DNA of 60,362 nucleotides, counting the filler, from Hausera hauseri (Eukaryota), in the NCBI GenBank assembly GCA_046269625.1. It is 12 parts of 12 records of this genome, joined end to end, with 100 filler letters (N's around TTAATTAATTAA, not from the genome) between each part and the next. Parts side by side here need not be neighbours in the genome. Positions count along the whole stretch, not along the records: positions 48,445 to 55,786 come from JBJURY010021007.1; positions 55,887 to 60,362 come from JBJURY010562895.1; 10 more parts are not named here. One strand, given 5' to 3'. Numbering within the stretch: position 1 is the first letter of the stretch; the number at the start of each line of letters is the position of its first letter. The notes beneath the pieces are model-generated. The model was not told the origin of the DNA. It saw only the letters and a program-made list of their open reading frames with translations, and made no database searches. The translations under genes and the position numbers were made by a program. Shown here one piece after another: positions 50,181 to 60,362 of this stretch.

Positions 50181-51178
50181 ATGATGGGTGACGTGAGGTT
50201 CGATCCATGTCATTTCGTCGGGTATACTGGCGTCAACAAACTGGCAAAGACTGTCAAACAGATTCGGCAACAGATCCAATGTTGGCTCGGGAAATAGTTA
50301 GTATACAACCTAAACAAAACGATAAGGAGGCGGTTTCCAAGTCGTGCATACCGTGCTGCAGGTGTAAATAATGCACTGCAAATGGATCTGTACGCCAGCA
50401 TCAACGATAAGCATCGGTACATGCTGACATGTATTAATGTGTTTAGTCGTTTTGCACGTGCAATTGCTGTCAAATCCAAATCCGATAAAGATTGCTGATG
50501 CTCTTCACAGATTAACTGAACAACAACAGCCGCCGAAACATGTACAAGTGGATTTGAGTAAAGAATTTTGCAACTGCCATGTCGTATTGGTCTTGAGGCG
50601 GTTCGGTGTAAACCACTACTCGGTGTTTTCACAATACAAGGCTGCACTCGTTGAACGATTTAATCAAACCCTACGCGGCCGACTGAACTAATTCTTTACG
50701 AAACAGTGCAAAAAACGCTTCGTAGATATACCACCGGATATTATCCATGCATACAATTATTCGACACATCGTGGCATAAATGGATTACAACCGGTTGATA
50801 TAATCGATGGTTTGGCCATGTGGCTTTGCCAAAACCGACAACAAGCAGTGAATCGTCGTCCGAAATGTAGAATTTCGAGTCTGCCCACAACGCCATTTAT
50901 CAAGAATTTCAATCAAAACAGGAGCTATGAGGTGTTCCAAATCTCAGCAATGAACACAAAACAATCACCGTCATGTACGTTTTAGAAGATGAGAATAATG
51001 AGGAGATACGTGATAAATTCTACGAACAGGAACTACAGGTATGTCAGAGAAACCCGACGTATATCGTATTCAGAAAATTATACGTTCACACGGCAAAGGT
51101 TTGAATAAACAATATCTCGTCAAGTAGCACGGATACATCAAACCCAGCTGGATATTTGCACCGCAGATTAAAAGATGA
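50181..51178 (+). pseudogene. Polinton integrase with chromodomain
   Basis: Homologous to 25021-26035; QVDLSKEF, KAALVERFNQTLR, KFYEQELQ. Confidence 0.9.
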
Positions 51179-52224
51179 GCACTTACTTGGTACTTGATAG
51201 TGATACGTTATTATCACAGAATGACAACAATAGAGCCGCACGGTTTACCATGGACTTAGACAGACCGCTCGAATTACACACGAGAACCTGGAAAGTGACT
51301 ATCACGGAATTCACATTTACATTTTCACCCAAATCAATACGTGAGAAAAGCGGTATTTACTTTACCCGACTAGAAAAGTACTTTATTTCAAGCCGTTTAC
51401 AGTTAATCCGAGACTCTAACAAATAAATTCTTCGCAATTATTAGCGAAAACATTTGTCAGTTTATGCTTATTTTTCAAACTACTATATGAAACTAACACA
51501 TCGACATCCCATGGAATTTCAGTTTGAATCCATAGCTCATGCTCAGACATGGGTTTTCATCAGTCAATGTACGCTCGAAAGGTCTACGGCTAGGTGTACA
51601 TGTTATAATTGGTGAAAAATGGGACATTTCCACTAATGTGACAACCGCAGTTGTAGTGAACTGAATTCGATCAGAATCAGTCTTTCGCTCGTATATTGTA
51701 CCATATGACTTATTTATGGAAACGGAACTAGAATTGTGTGAATATGTGAAGAAAACGGCTACATTAGCTGTAAAGCAATATGAAATAAATGCAGATGGTC
51801 ATATTTCGCTTACACTACATGACAATGTTACGTATTTTGGCTTTGATGAATTATTGGCTCGGAATCGGGGTTTTTCAAAACGTGAATTCTATAGAACAAT
51901 TGTTGGAAAATCTATTGTTGTCAAATACAAACTGTAACTCTATGGAGCATTTCATAGAATCAACATTTTAACGGACTTTTGCGAATCCGTACTCGTTGGT
52001 GAAGAACGTAAACAACTACTGACTTTATCGAACTGGATTCTAACACGTACAAAACATCGGGTGAAACTCTTCGCGTTAATATGCTCAGACCCATGTACTT
52101 ATTAGTGTCTCACAATGTTGTGCACAGTATTTCCGTGTATATGCTTGATGGAATTTGGGAACCCATTAAATTTCTGTTTGGGTCAACGACACATTTGACG
52201 TTACATTTTCGACGTCGTCGATAA
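51175..52224 (+). pseudogene. Polinton minor capsid protein 1
   Basis: YLVLDSD...NRAARF...WKVTITEF; ends HLTLHFRRRR. Confidence 0.8.
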
Positions 52225-52275
52225 TAAACAAACTGCATCATCATTGTCATCGCTATCATTATCATCACCGATATC

Positions 52276-53106
52276 ACGAATATTTACATGGTATTGCCGA
52301 GCAACAGTGATCCGACGACTCGTCCGAACAATTCAGCCATTGAATACGTTGTAGATTGGAAGAATCCTTTGGATTTATCTGGAAAATTAGAGGTTACACT
52401 GACGAAATTTAACTTTCCCTACGCACCAGTGACATTGAAAGGTAGTATGAAAATAACGTAAACCAAGACTGTTACTGAAACAAAGACACATTCTTGTCCT
52501 CTGACACTTATTAACAATAAAATAACAGTTGGAAAATCGGCCACTTGCACGTCCAGTAAAAAGTACAAATTATAAGGCAAGATCGGTGTTTTTATTTTAA
52601 GGAAAAAAATACATTTTGTGGAAAATTTTGAATTTACTGTCATTTTTGAGTCCTCAAAAGTACAAGGAGATATTTAAAGTTTTCGAGTCAGATGCAAGGT
52701 GGCACATTGAATTTGAACTGGTTAAGAATGTTGTCGACATTTTGGACAAAGCTTTGACCATGGCATTGGGTTTTGAAAAACACAGGTTTGAAACATTGAA
52801 TAGGAAGATAACATATGTTGCTGGACTGAGTCAAATGTACATTTATGTGACCGTCGCGGAACCGATTTTGGTCGGTGGAGTACGTGTACCGCTACTTCTT
52901 GCAATTAATCCGGAAAGCAGCAAGCATACTGCTGGTGATAATGTCACTGTCAAGCTCGATAATCCAATGTACCTGCCTGTGGCAACTACATTTATAAACA
53001 TTTTTTAAGTCAATATCAAATGTGACGCTAGCTACTTTACTGAATTTCCGTACGGTACCACAACCAGTCTAACTCTTCATTTCGTCGAAAACAACAACAT
53101 GATTGA
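52276..53106 (+). pseudogene. Polinton minor capsid protein 2
   Basis: IYMVLPSNS...; GLSQMYIYVTVAEPILVGGVRVPLL...NPMYLPV...LTLHFRR. Confidence 0.8.
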
Positions 53107-53368
53107 TTCTGATATTGTTTCCATTTACAGTAAATCTCAGCTGGGCGGTGAACTTCCTTATTTCTTCGGTAAAGAGTATGGCTTTGGATGGTTGCGTACA
53201 TTGGCACGTTTAGCCTTTCCGGTGTTGAAGTGTATTGGAGCCGTGGCAGCAAAAACAGCACAGGATCTACTATATGAAAACAAATCGATTTTACCACTAC
53301 TGAAGAAACACGCCTTGACAGAAATAAAAAGCGCTGCACCAGGAGTTGTCGAATCAGTCAAAAAATAA
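53099..53368 (+). CDS. Small conserved Polinton core/membrane-active protein upstream of the major capsid gene
   Basis: QLGGELPYF.G.EYGFGWLRTLARLAFPVLK, a Gly-rich amphipathic motif typical at this position. Confidence 0.65.
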   Translation: MIDSDIVSIYSKSQLGGELPYFFGKEYGFGWLRTLARLAFPVLKCIGAVAAKTAQDLLYENKSILPLLKKHALTEIKSAAPGVVESVKK

Positions 53369-53462
53369 TTCGCTGGTAGTGGCTTGAGAAAACGTGGTTG
53401 ATCAGCTAGCTTTTTAACTATAAACAAACGTCGTCCTTGTACGATTTTCGATTGACAGATAA

Positions 53463-53900
53463 ATGGCATCTGCAAAATCTGAATTGTGTATATTTGACAA
53501 CGGCGCACCACAAGTTGTTATTGACAATGCGACATTTGAAGAAATCTACCCCGTTGATTCTCTTTAAACGGATGATAACATTGACATTCAATTTATCGTT
53601 ATAGCATCGGACAATGAATATCTCGATTTTAACGATACGCTACTGTATGTAAACGTCATTTTTAAAAAGGATACATCACCCGTTCTCTCTGCAACAGACA
53701 CTGTCTCACCGGCCAATGACCTTTTCCTCATACTGTTCAAGGTGGCTTTATCGACTTTAAACAGCATCAAAATTCAAGGCAACACCAGTCTGTACAGTAT
53801 CAAAACACTCACTGAAACAGCTCTGAATTACAGTGCATACACGAAAACAACTCATTTGACGGAAACCATCGGATATAATGCCACTGCAACAAACCGTCAG
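53463..53900 (+). pseudogene. Polinton major capsid protein N-terminal part, truncated by a PolB segment
   Basis: MASAKSELCIF...EEIYP...ASDNEYLDFNDTLLYV; homologous to 27729-28133. Confidence 0.88.
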
Positions 53901-55786
53901 ACATGCTGTAATGGAGAAATATTACGGCATTACATATGATGGGGCTCAATTTTATATATTCCCTGATTGTCAAGTTATGTCAGGTGTCCAATTCACAGAA
54001 TTCCGGAGACAACATCAGCATCATCTGTCATTGTTAACCAAATCAAAAGAGTCCATATTGCAAGATCATGGGAAATGACCAATATGGTGAAACAATTAGT
54101 ATCAGCCCAGCAAATACCGACAACAGCTCAACAGTCACTTAAACGTCCAATGAAACAAATCCCATCAAACAGTCAGCAAAGAAACCAAGATGGGACAATG
54201 GAAAACAAAACTTTATTGTTCATTCTGTCCTTGCTAATAATGATGTGAATTTGTGTTCTGATGTTGCGCCTGACCAACTTGTTTTCACTAGACCATCTGA
54301 GGAAATTTTGACAACTTTGGACTTGTATGCTTCGAAATTTTCTTCCACTAAGGTTCAATATGGTTTAGAAATTCTTTTTGAGAATGCTGAGGTTGATACA
54401 AAACAATCTTATATTTTACATACAGCTGTCCCTTATGAGCACACTTTTCTACAATCTGTTGCCGATAATTTACAAGAGCGAATAGAGAATTTTGCAGAAA
54501 TGGGTAGTGGGAGGAAAGTAGTTAAGATCTTGAAGTTCTGTTTCTATATAGTTAAGACAAGCCCACTACTTTATTTGTCTGGTAAGTCTTATTTACCAAC
54601 ACCTGGCGCATTAAAAAATGCTGTTATTAATGTACAGAATTACGACAATTTGCGCTTTCTGTATTCGATTCTGGCAGTGATAAAGTATTCTTCTTTTGAT
54701 AGTCACAGATATAGAGTTAGCAATTACATTCCTTTTTTGAACGAGCTGAAATATTCTTTAGATAACATCCCTATGAAAATTTGTAACATAGTTAAATTTG
54801 AGAGGCAAAATCCACATATTTCAATTAATGTGTTTTTGTTTCATGAGGAGAATGATGTAGATTATGATGAGGATATTGTGAAAAATCCATTCGTTGATGT
54901 TTCATATCGTACAAAAATCCGAATGGTACTGTTGTTAATTTACTGATTTTAGAAAATGACAACAACTTTCACTACGTAGCTGTACCAAATCTTAAGCGGC
55001 TTTTGAATAGTAAAAAAATGCAAATTCGATGCAATCATTGATTTGAGAAATGTTTGCGTGTATTTAGGCTTGACACTGCTTACCTGAAACATTTACCAAT
55101 GAATTCATCTTGCTCCACATGCATGACTTTGTATAAGATACCAGAAAATAAGTTTTGTGAATTTAAGAACTGAGCCAAATCTATAAGTCCTCCTTTCGTT
55201 TTGCATGCTGACTTCGAATCTGTTCTATGTCCTGATGATAAAGTTAAACATATTCATATGCCTGTCGCCGCTGGTCTCTTGTTAGTGCCCCCAACAGGTA
55301 TTGAATACAGGCAATTTGTTGGTGAAAATTTTATTGACGATTTTTTGGGCTTCGTTGGAAATTGTTAAGAAATTTGTTTTCCCGTAGTATGAAAATGCTA
55401 AGAAGCCAATGATTCTATTAACCTCTACTGAATGACAACTGTTTAAAAACGCCACAGCATGTTATCTTGTAAGAAAATGGTTCTGACTTTGTTCGAGGTC
55501 ACTGCCATGTTACGGGTACATTCCCTGGTCCAGCTTGTAATAAATGTAACATGGCACGTCAAATTAGGTATAATTTACTTGTTATTTTTCATAACTTTCG
55601 TGGCTACGATCTCCATCATATCTTGAAACACGCATTAAATAAATTTGGCACATGGAATTTAGTGTTATTCCTCAATAAACAGGAATTTTTAACCATGCAG
55701 ACAAATATACAGTGTTCATATAAAAAGTGTGTTAGTATTCGCTTTATTGACTCGCTGCAATTTTTACCAGCGTCATTGAAGACTTT
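53900..55786 (+). pseudogene. Polinton PolB N-terminal half, family 3
   Basis: SGKSYLPTPGALKNAVINVQNYDNLRFLYSIL, FERQNPHISINVF, HADFES, HCHVTG.F.GPACNKCN, IFHNFRGYD, FIDSLQFL. Confidence 0.9.
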
Positions 55787-55886
55787 NNNNNNNNNNNNNN
55801 NNNNNNNNNNNNNNNNNNNNNNNNNNNNNNTTAATTAATTAANNNNNNNNNNNNNNNNNNNNNNNNNNNNNNNNNNNNNNNNNNNN

Positions 55887-57617
55887 GATATACTTCCCTA
55901 TCTTCGGATTTTCCCAGACGTAGATATTTTCGTAGAATTCTCTCACTGGTACCATTTTGACAAAGAACATGGCTTCTTTAATCCTTTGATGACTGTAATA
56001 CTCGGTGGTTACTAACAATTTAGGGTAATTCCCCGTCGTATTCGAGGATGTGTCGTTAGGGAAGCCTTTCTTTCTTAATACATTTATTTCGGTAATCGAT
56101 TTTTTTGGCTCCTTAAGAAAGTTCTTATTTCTATTACTGTTTTGCGTTATCACGGATTCCGATGGGACTTCTTTTGGATGTCCTAAGACGGCTCCTNNNN
56201 NNNNNNCGGTCTCCTTGTCCTTGGTTGGGGTTCATTTCCTTATCTGTTTTCGTAGTCTTCTTCTTTTTTTGAATAAATAATTATAAAGGGACATTTTTCT
56301 TTTTCCAGCGACTACGGTGTTTTCGTCCTGCTGTCCTGGGATTTCACCCTTTTCTTGATATTTTTTTGGAATCTCGGGCATCTTAAATACTTCCTGTGGT
56401 CCCATGGCTTGTGTCTTAGAACTATAACTTGTACCGGGTTTATTCTCGATCCTTTTTGGTTCTTCGTTAAATTTCTGTATAGTTATTCGGTAATTTGATC
56501 CTTCTATGTTTTCGACGTTTCTGGGGGGAGGGTGAGAATAGGGACGGAAATATCGTCTATGTTTACTGCTTAATTTTTCTGGATTAGTGGAGCTTCTTAA
56601 ATTCTGATTCGGGTTGTCTGGAATCCATTCGTGATCCCATTTTAGCCCCGCACTTATGTCTCGTAAGTATTAATATCTTTGGCTGGCTGCTAGTAGACGA
56701 CTTATTCTAACATGCGTTCCGCTCATTACTTCGATCATCAACTTAAATCGACCCTCAACGGTCGGTGGTAGATAGATTTTTCTTGCTGTTAGACTTCGTT
56801 TCATTTGCTCCATTATTTTAGGGCGTTTTTCTACTTCTCTTAGTCCTGCTATATATGTGGTTGGGAGTTTCAGTTTTTCAATAATCATTTCAAACTGGTA
56901 TCCGATTAAGATACATCCATACAAACAATGTCTTAGTTACTCTCGAACTATTTCTATATCCTTTCCTTGAGTTAGCTGTTCCTTTCGAACCCCTGTTACC
57001 TCTGTGTAAGTCTCTCTCACTTTTTTTCTTGGACTAATTATTTTCAAATAGATTTCAACATCATCCGCCTCTCGTACGAATACCTCAATTGGAATATAAT
57101 TTCCATGATCCCCTTCTCCATAGTTTACCGCAATAATTTTGACATTCCGTGCGTCTGATAACAATCTAAAAGAATGTGAGTACTCGTCCTGATCTTTTTT
57201 AGTGGGATTCTGTCGGAACTCCAAATGTGGTAATATTGAATATTGCATCTTTTCCCTTGTCACCTCAACCATAAATTTTACGGGTAAGGCAGCTACGCGG
57301 AACTCCAGTTCGCAGTTATTATACTGGAAGCTTTTTCTATTGAGTAAGAACGTGCTATATCGGCTCTGTCTCCCTTGGGAGGAGTCCCAACTTTGGTCCT
57401 TTAATCGGTAATAAATCTCCCCATCAGCTAAATGTATATATATGTTTTGACAGCGGTTGGTGCTATATTGGGCCAATGGCTGTAATGCGTAGGCTTTCGC
57501 ATCTTCATCCCGCCTCATCGCATACAAGCGAATAGGAATATAGATTTCGATTGGGGGATTAGCACTGTCGCATATATTTGAAAGAATTCGTCGAATATAC
57601 GTCGGCTAGTCTCCATG
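55887..57617 (-). pseudogene. Unidentified accessory ORF(s) 3' of the env-like region of a Gypsy element
   Basis: Co-oriented ORF pieces of 196, 84 and 104 aa with the same A-rich composition as pol; no recognisable domain. Confidence 0.35.
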
Positions 57618-57780
57618 TCAGCTTGGTTACTTACCAGTCTGAAAAATAAAATATAAAGGTTGATCTTTAAACAGGTTGTGGTTTTAAACCAAAATCATCT
57701 TTCTGTTGGAAGACCAAATAACCCGACCTGTAATTGTCAGGTTATTTCATTATAAGGGTCAACAGGTTTTCCCAGTTCCC

Positions 57781-59140
57781 TTAATTCCCATTTTTTATTT
57801 TGCAGCGCTTAGAAAAACAATTTTTGACAATTAATCTAGAAATTGTAATTAGCGTGCCGAGAACAAATACTAACAATATAACGATTGCTATAACTGGTAA
57901 TGTGGTTAATCCTATTTGTGTTTGCATAGTGGTTGGAGTCGTAAGTTCGTTATCTATATTTTCGTAGGTGTGCGGTTCTATGCGAATTTCGTTTAGTGTG
58001 CGTAATGTGGTTGTTTGGTTTTGCTTATTCATCGCATATATTTGTACTATGTAATCGGAGCCTGGTTTGAGCAGATCGCATTCGGTTTGGTAAGTGTTTT
58101 AAGTAACGTTACGACTTGATTGTTATATGTGGTTCGGCAACTTATGTGTATATCGTACTTTAGTTTCCCGTCCACAAAAAACACGATTTTGTAACAATGT
58201 ACCGAAAATTTTACGGGGATTTGCTCCAATTCTCTTTTAGGTGTAGTATCCACCGTGACGACTCTTGCAATGGTACTGATCCGAGTAATGGGCCTTCCGG
58301 TTGTCAGTTCTAATGGAATTTTCCATACTCTTTTACCCGGGTAATAGGTCCGCAACTGTTTGCTCGGTTTATTTGGTCGTACCTCGTACAAGTCAAATTT
58401 TATCTTGAACTCCCGGTTCACGGGTAGTTTGCAACAGGGGTGTTGCACACTTGCGCGAATAGACCAGTATTATATTTTCGGGGTTGGTCCAATTGCCGCT
58501 TCGAATGTGATACTAATTTCCCGACTGGTCGTCAGCCTTGTCCAAGCATCAATTTGGATGCATCGTTTTTCCTTATTTACGGATATTCTTTTGATATTCT
58601 CGTCCAATAGTCTTATACTTAAGTCAGTGGACCATAGCATTTCGTTGAGCTTTATTCCATGATGTCTGTTCCATGCGGGAACAACTAATTGAAGTTTCGG
58701 CTTTGCTTCAATATATACTTCTAACGAGTCCGGTAGGTACAGCCGATAGATAAGATAAAATCTATGTCACAACACTGCGTATAATCTCCAGGTTCAAAAT
58801 CACAATTCTTCGCTTCTTTTGTTGTTACATCATATAAGACAATTTGAAATCTTCCGAAATCGTGGTTTGGTCTCCAAGCCTTAAATCCAACACATACGGA
58901 ATTTGGTGAGAAATAATAAATTGTCATCGATTGTAATAATTTAATGTCTTCTTACCTTTGGACCTCTTCAGGGGTTAATCCTTTTTTTTCTGGGATATTT
59001 TTCGCCCTTATTCCACTTTTCTGTATTCCGTATATGTCTCCTAGTGTAGATTCGTCACCCCACCATTGGGTCTGTGCACTCGGAATATAAGAAGCAATTA
59101 GGGATAGTGCTAAAACTATTTGAATGTACGATATTGGTCT
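57781..59140 (-). pseudogene. Env-like membrane glycoprotein region following integrase
   Basis: Signal-like YIQIVLALSLIASYIPSAQT in frame with IN, a Cys-containing ectodomain, a Thr-rich stalk, and TM LPVIAIVILLVFVLGTLITI with a basic tail. Confidence 0.55.
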
Positions 59141-60362
59141 GGCGATTATTGAAGAAGTTTTTAATTCGTGTCGGCGTAAATTATAACATTTATTCGGCCG
59201 TATTTCTGTTTTAACAACTCTTTGTACTGACACGACTTCTTTCTTTCCGTTTTTGTTGATGTACACGGTGGTTAGTGTGGTCCTAGTAATTTCGTACGGC
59301 CCTCTGCCTTTATGGGTCAATTTCAATGAGGTGCCCTTCTTGGCTACTGGATAATGTACATAGACCCAATTTCCTGGTTCCAAATCATGAGGTTTCACTT
59401 TCCTATCATATTGTCTTTTAAACTTATCCTGATATTCTTGAGATAACGTCTTGGCGATTTCCCAACACTTTTGTAATCGCGTCTGCAATACTTCTGCGAA
59501 ATTTTGTTTTAAATCTTCGGAATTGACTGTGTATGGCGTCATACCTAAATCCGTGAATAACACGGCTTCACGTCCATACATCATAAAGAATGGGGTAAAT
59601 CTTGTTGCTGGGTGTGGAGTGGTATTAGTAGCAAACTGAGTTTTTTCAAAAAATTCATCCCAATCTTTTTGGTTCTTTGCTACTACTGTTGATAGTATGC
59701 GTATGACGGTGGCGTTTATCCGTTTGACCATTCCATTACACTGAGGGTGATATGCGGTAGTTGTTAATCGTTCAATCTTGGTAATCTTTTTGAACAGTTC
59801 ACTTGTGAAATTTCTTCCCCGATCTGTGAGTATCTGATCTGGAAGCCCGTATCGGCAAATAATTCTTCTTACTACGGCTTCTGCCAAGGTTTCTGCCTTT
59901 TGATCAATTAATGCTATCAATTTGACAAAATGAGTTAATCGATCAATACAAGTAAAGATATACTTATTATTCTTATGGGTCGTAGGAAGAGGTCCTACGA
60001 TATCCATATACATGGCTTGCATAGGTCTATCGGGCACATTAACTGGCTTTAATTCGGGCATGTAGTTTTTCGTCTTCTTTTGTTTAGTTGCACATACTTC
60101 GCAGGCATTTACCCAATTCTTTACATCAATATAGATACTGGTCCAAAAGTATTTATTTAATATTCTTTCTAATGTTTTCTTCCAAGACATGTGTCCTGTT
60201 AAATATGAATTATGTTCCGACATTAACACTTCGGTTCGTAAACCTTTTGGAATAACTATCCGTTTCCTTCCTTTCCGTTCGTAATATAAAATATGCTCAT
60301 TATCCTTGTCATTTAAGAAGCAGTATTTATATCCATGTCTATGTAAATGTTTCTTTAATTGT
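58952..60362 (-). CDS. Ty3/Gypsy integrase (HHCC, DDE core, GPY) extending into an env-like segment; the frame is open to the window end
   Basis: H...GH...C..C, MDIVGPLP, LTDRGRNF, TTAYHPQCNG, GPY. Confidence 0.93.
   Translation of the reverse strand, partial: QLKKHLHRHGYKYCFLNDKDNEHILYYERKGRKRIVIPKGLRTEVLMSEHNSYLTGHMSWKKTLERILNKYFWTSIYIDVKNWVNACEVCATKQKKTKNYMPELKPVNVPDRPMQAMYMDIVGPLPTTHKNNKYIFTCIDRLTHFVKLIALIDQKAETLAEAVVRRIICRYGLPDQILTDRGRNFTSELFKKITKIERLTTTAYHPQCNGMVKRINATVIRILSTVVAKNQKDWDEFFEKTQFATNTTPHPATRFTPFFMMYGREAVLFTDLGMTPYTVNSEDLKQNFAEVLQTRLQKCWEIAKTLSQEYQDKFKRQYDRKVKPHDLEPGNWVYVHYPVAKKGTSLKLTHKGRGPYEITRTTLTTVYINKNGKKEVVSVQRVVKTEIRPNKCYNLRRHELKTSSIIARPISYIQIVLALSLIASYIPSAQTQWWGDESTLGDIYGIQKSGIRAKNIPEKKGLTPEEVQR

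Overview
This is not one contiguous locus. It is 12 short eukaryotic (animal-like, AT-rich) contigs joined by 11 identical 100-bp artificial linkers (44 N + TTAATTAATTAA + 44 N), so adjacency across a linker carries no information. Content: (i) decayed, rearranged copies of at least three Polinton/Maverick (adintovirus-like) families. They contain protein-primed PolB, retroviral-type integrase with chromodomain, packaging ATPase, major capsid, two tandem minor capsids, and accessory genes (a TBP-like protein, dUTPase, a RING finger protein, an exonuclease-like protein and a paralogous putative SSB family). (ii) Ty3/Gypsy elements: two CsRn1-type elements and one element with an env-like extension fused to integrase, plus a nested solo LTR. 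(iii) A nearly intact CR1/L2-group LINE ORF2 and mariner, RTE and hAT remnants. (iv) An intact 4-exon host ETS-domain gene. Two observations stand out. First, a Polinton carries its own TATA-binding-protein-like gene, and a TATAAACA/AATAAACA motif recurs in front of nearly all its structural-module genes. Second, two separate CsRn1-type Gypsy elements are each directly preceded by co-oriented, intron-less, fused host gene fragments (DDX28+CDC5L; CLUH+maspardin+alpha-tubulin). All family assignments come from motif recognition by eye with no database search. Pseudogene boundaries are approximate to within tens of bp.
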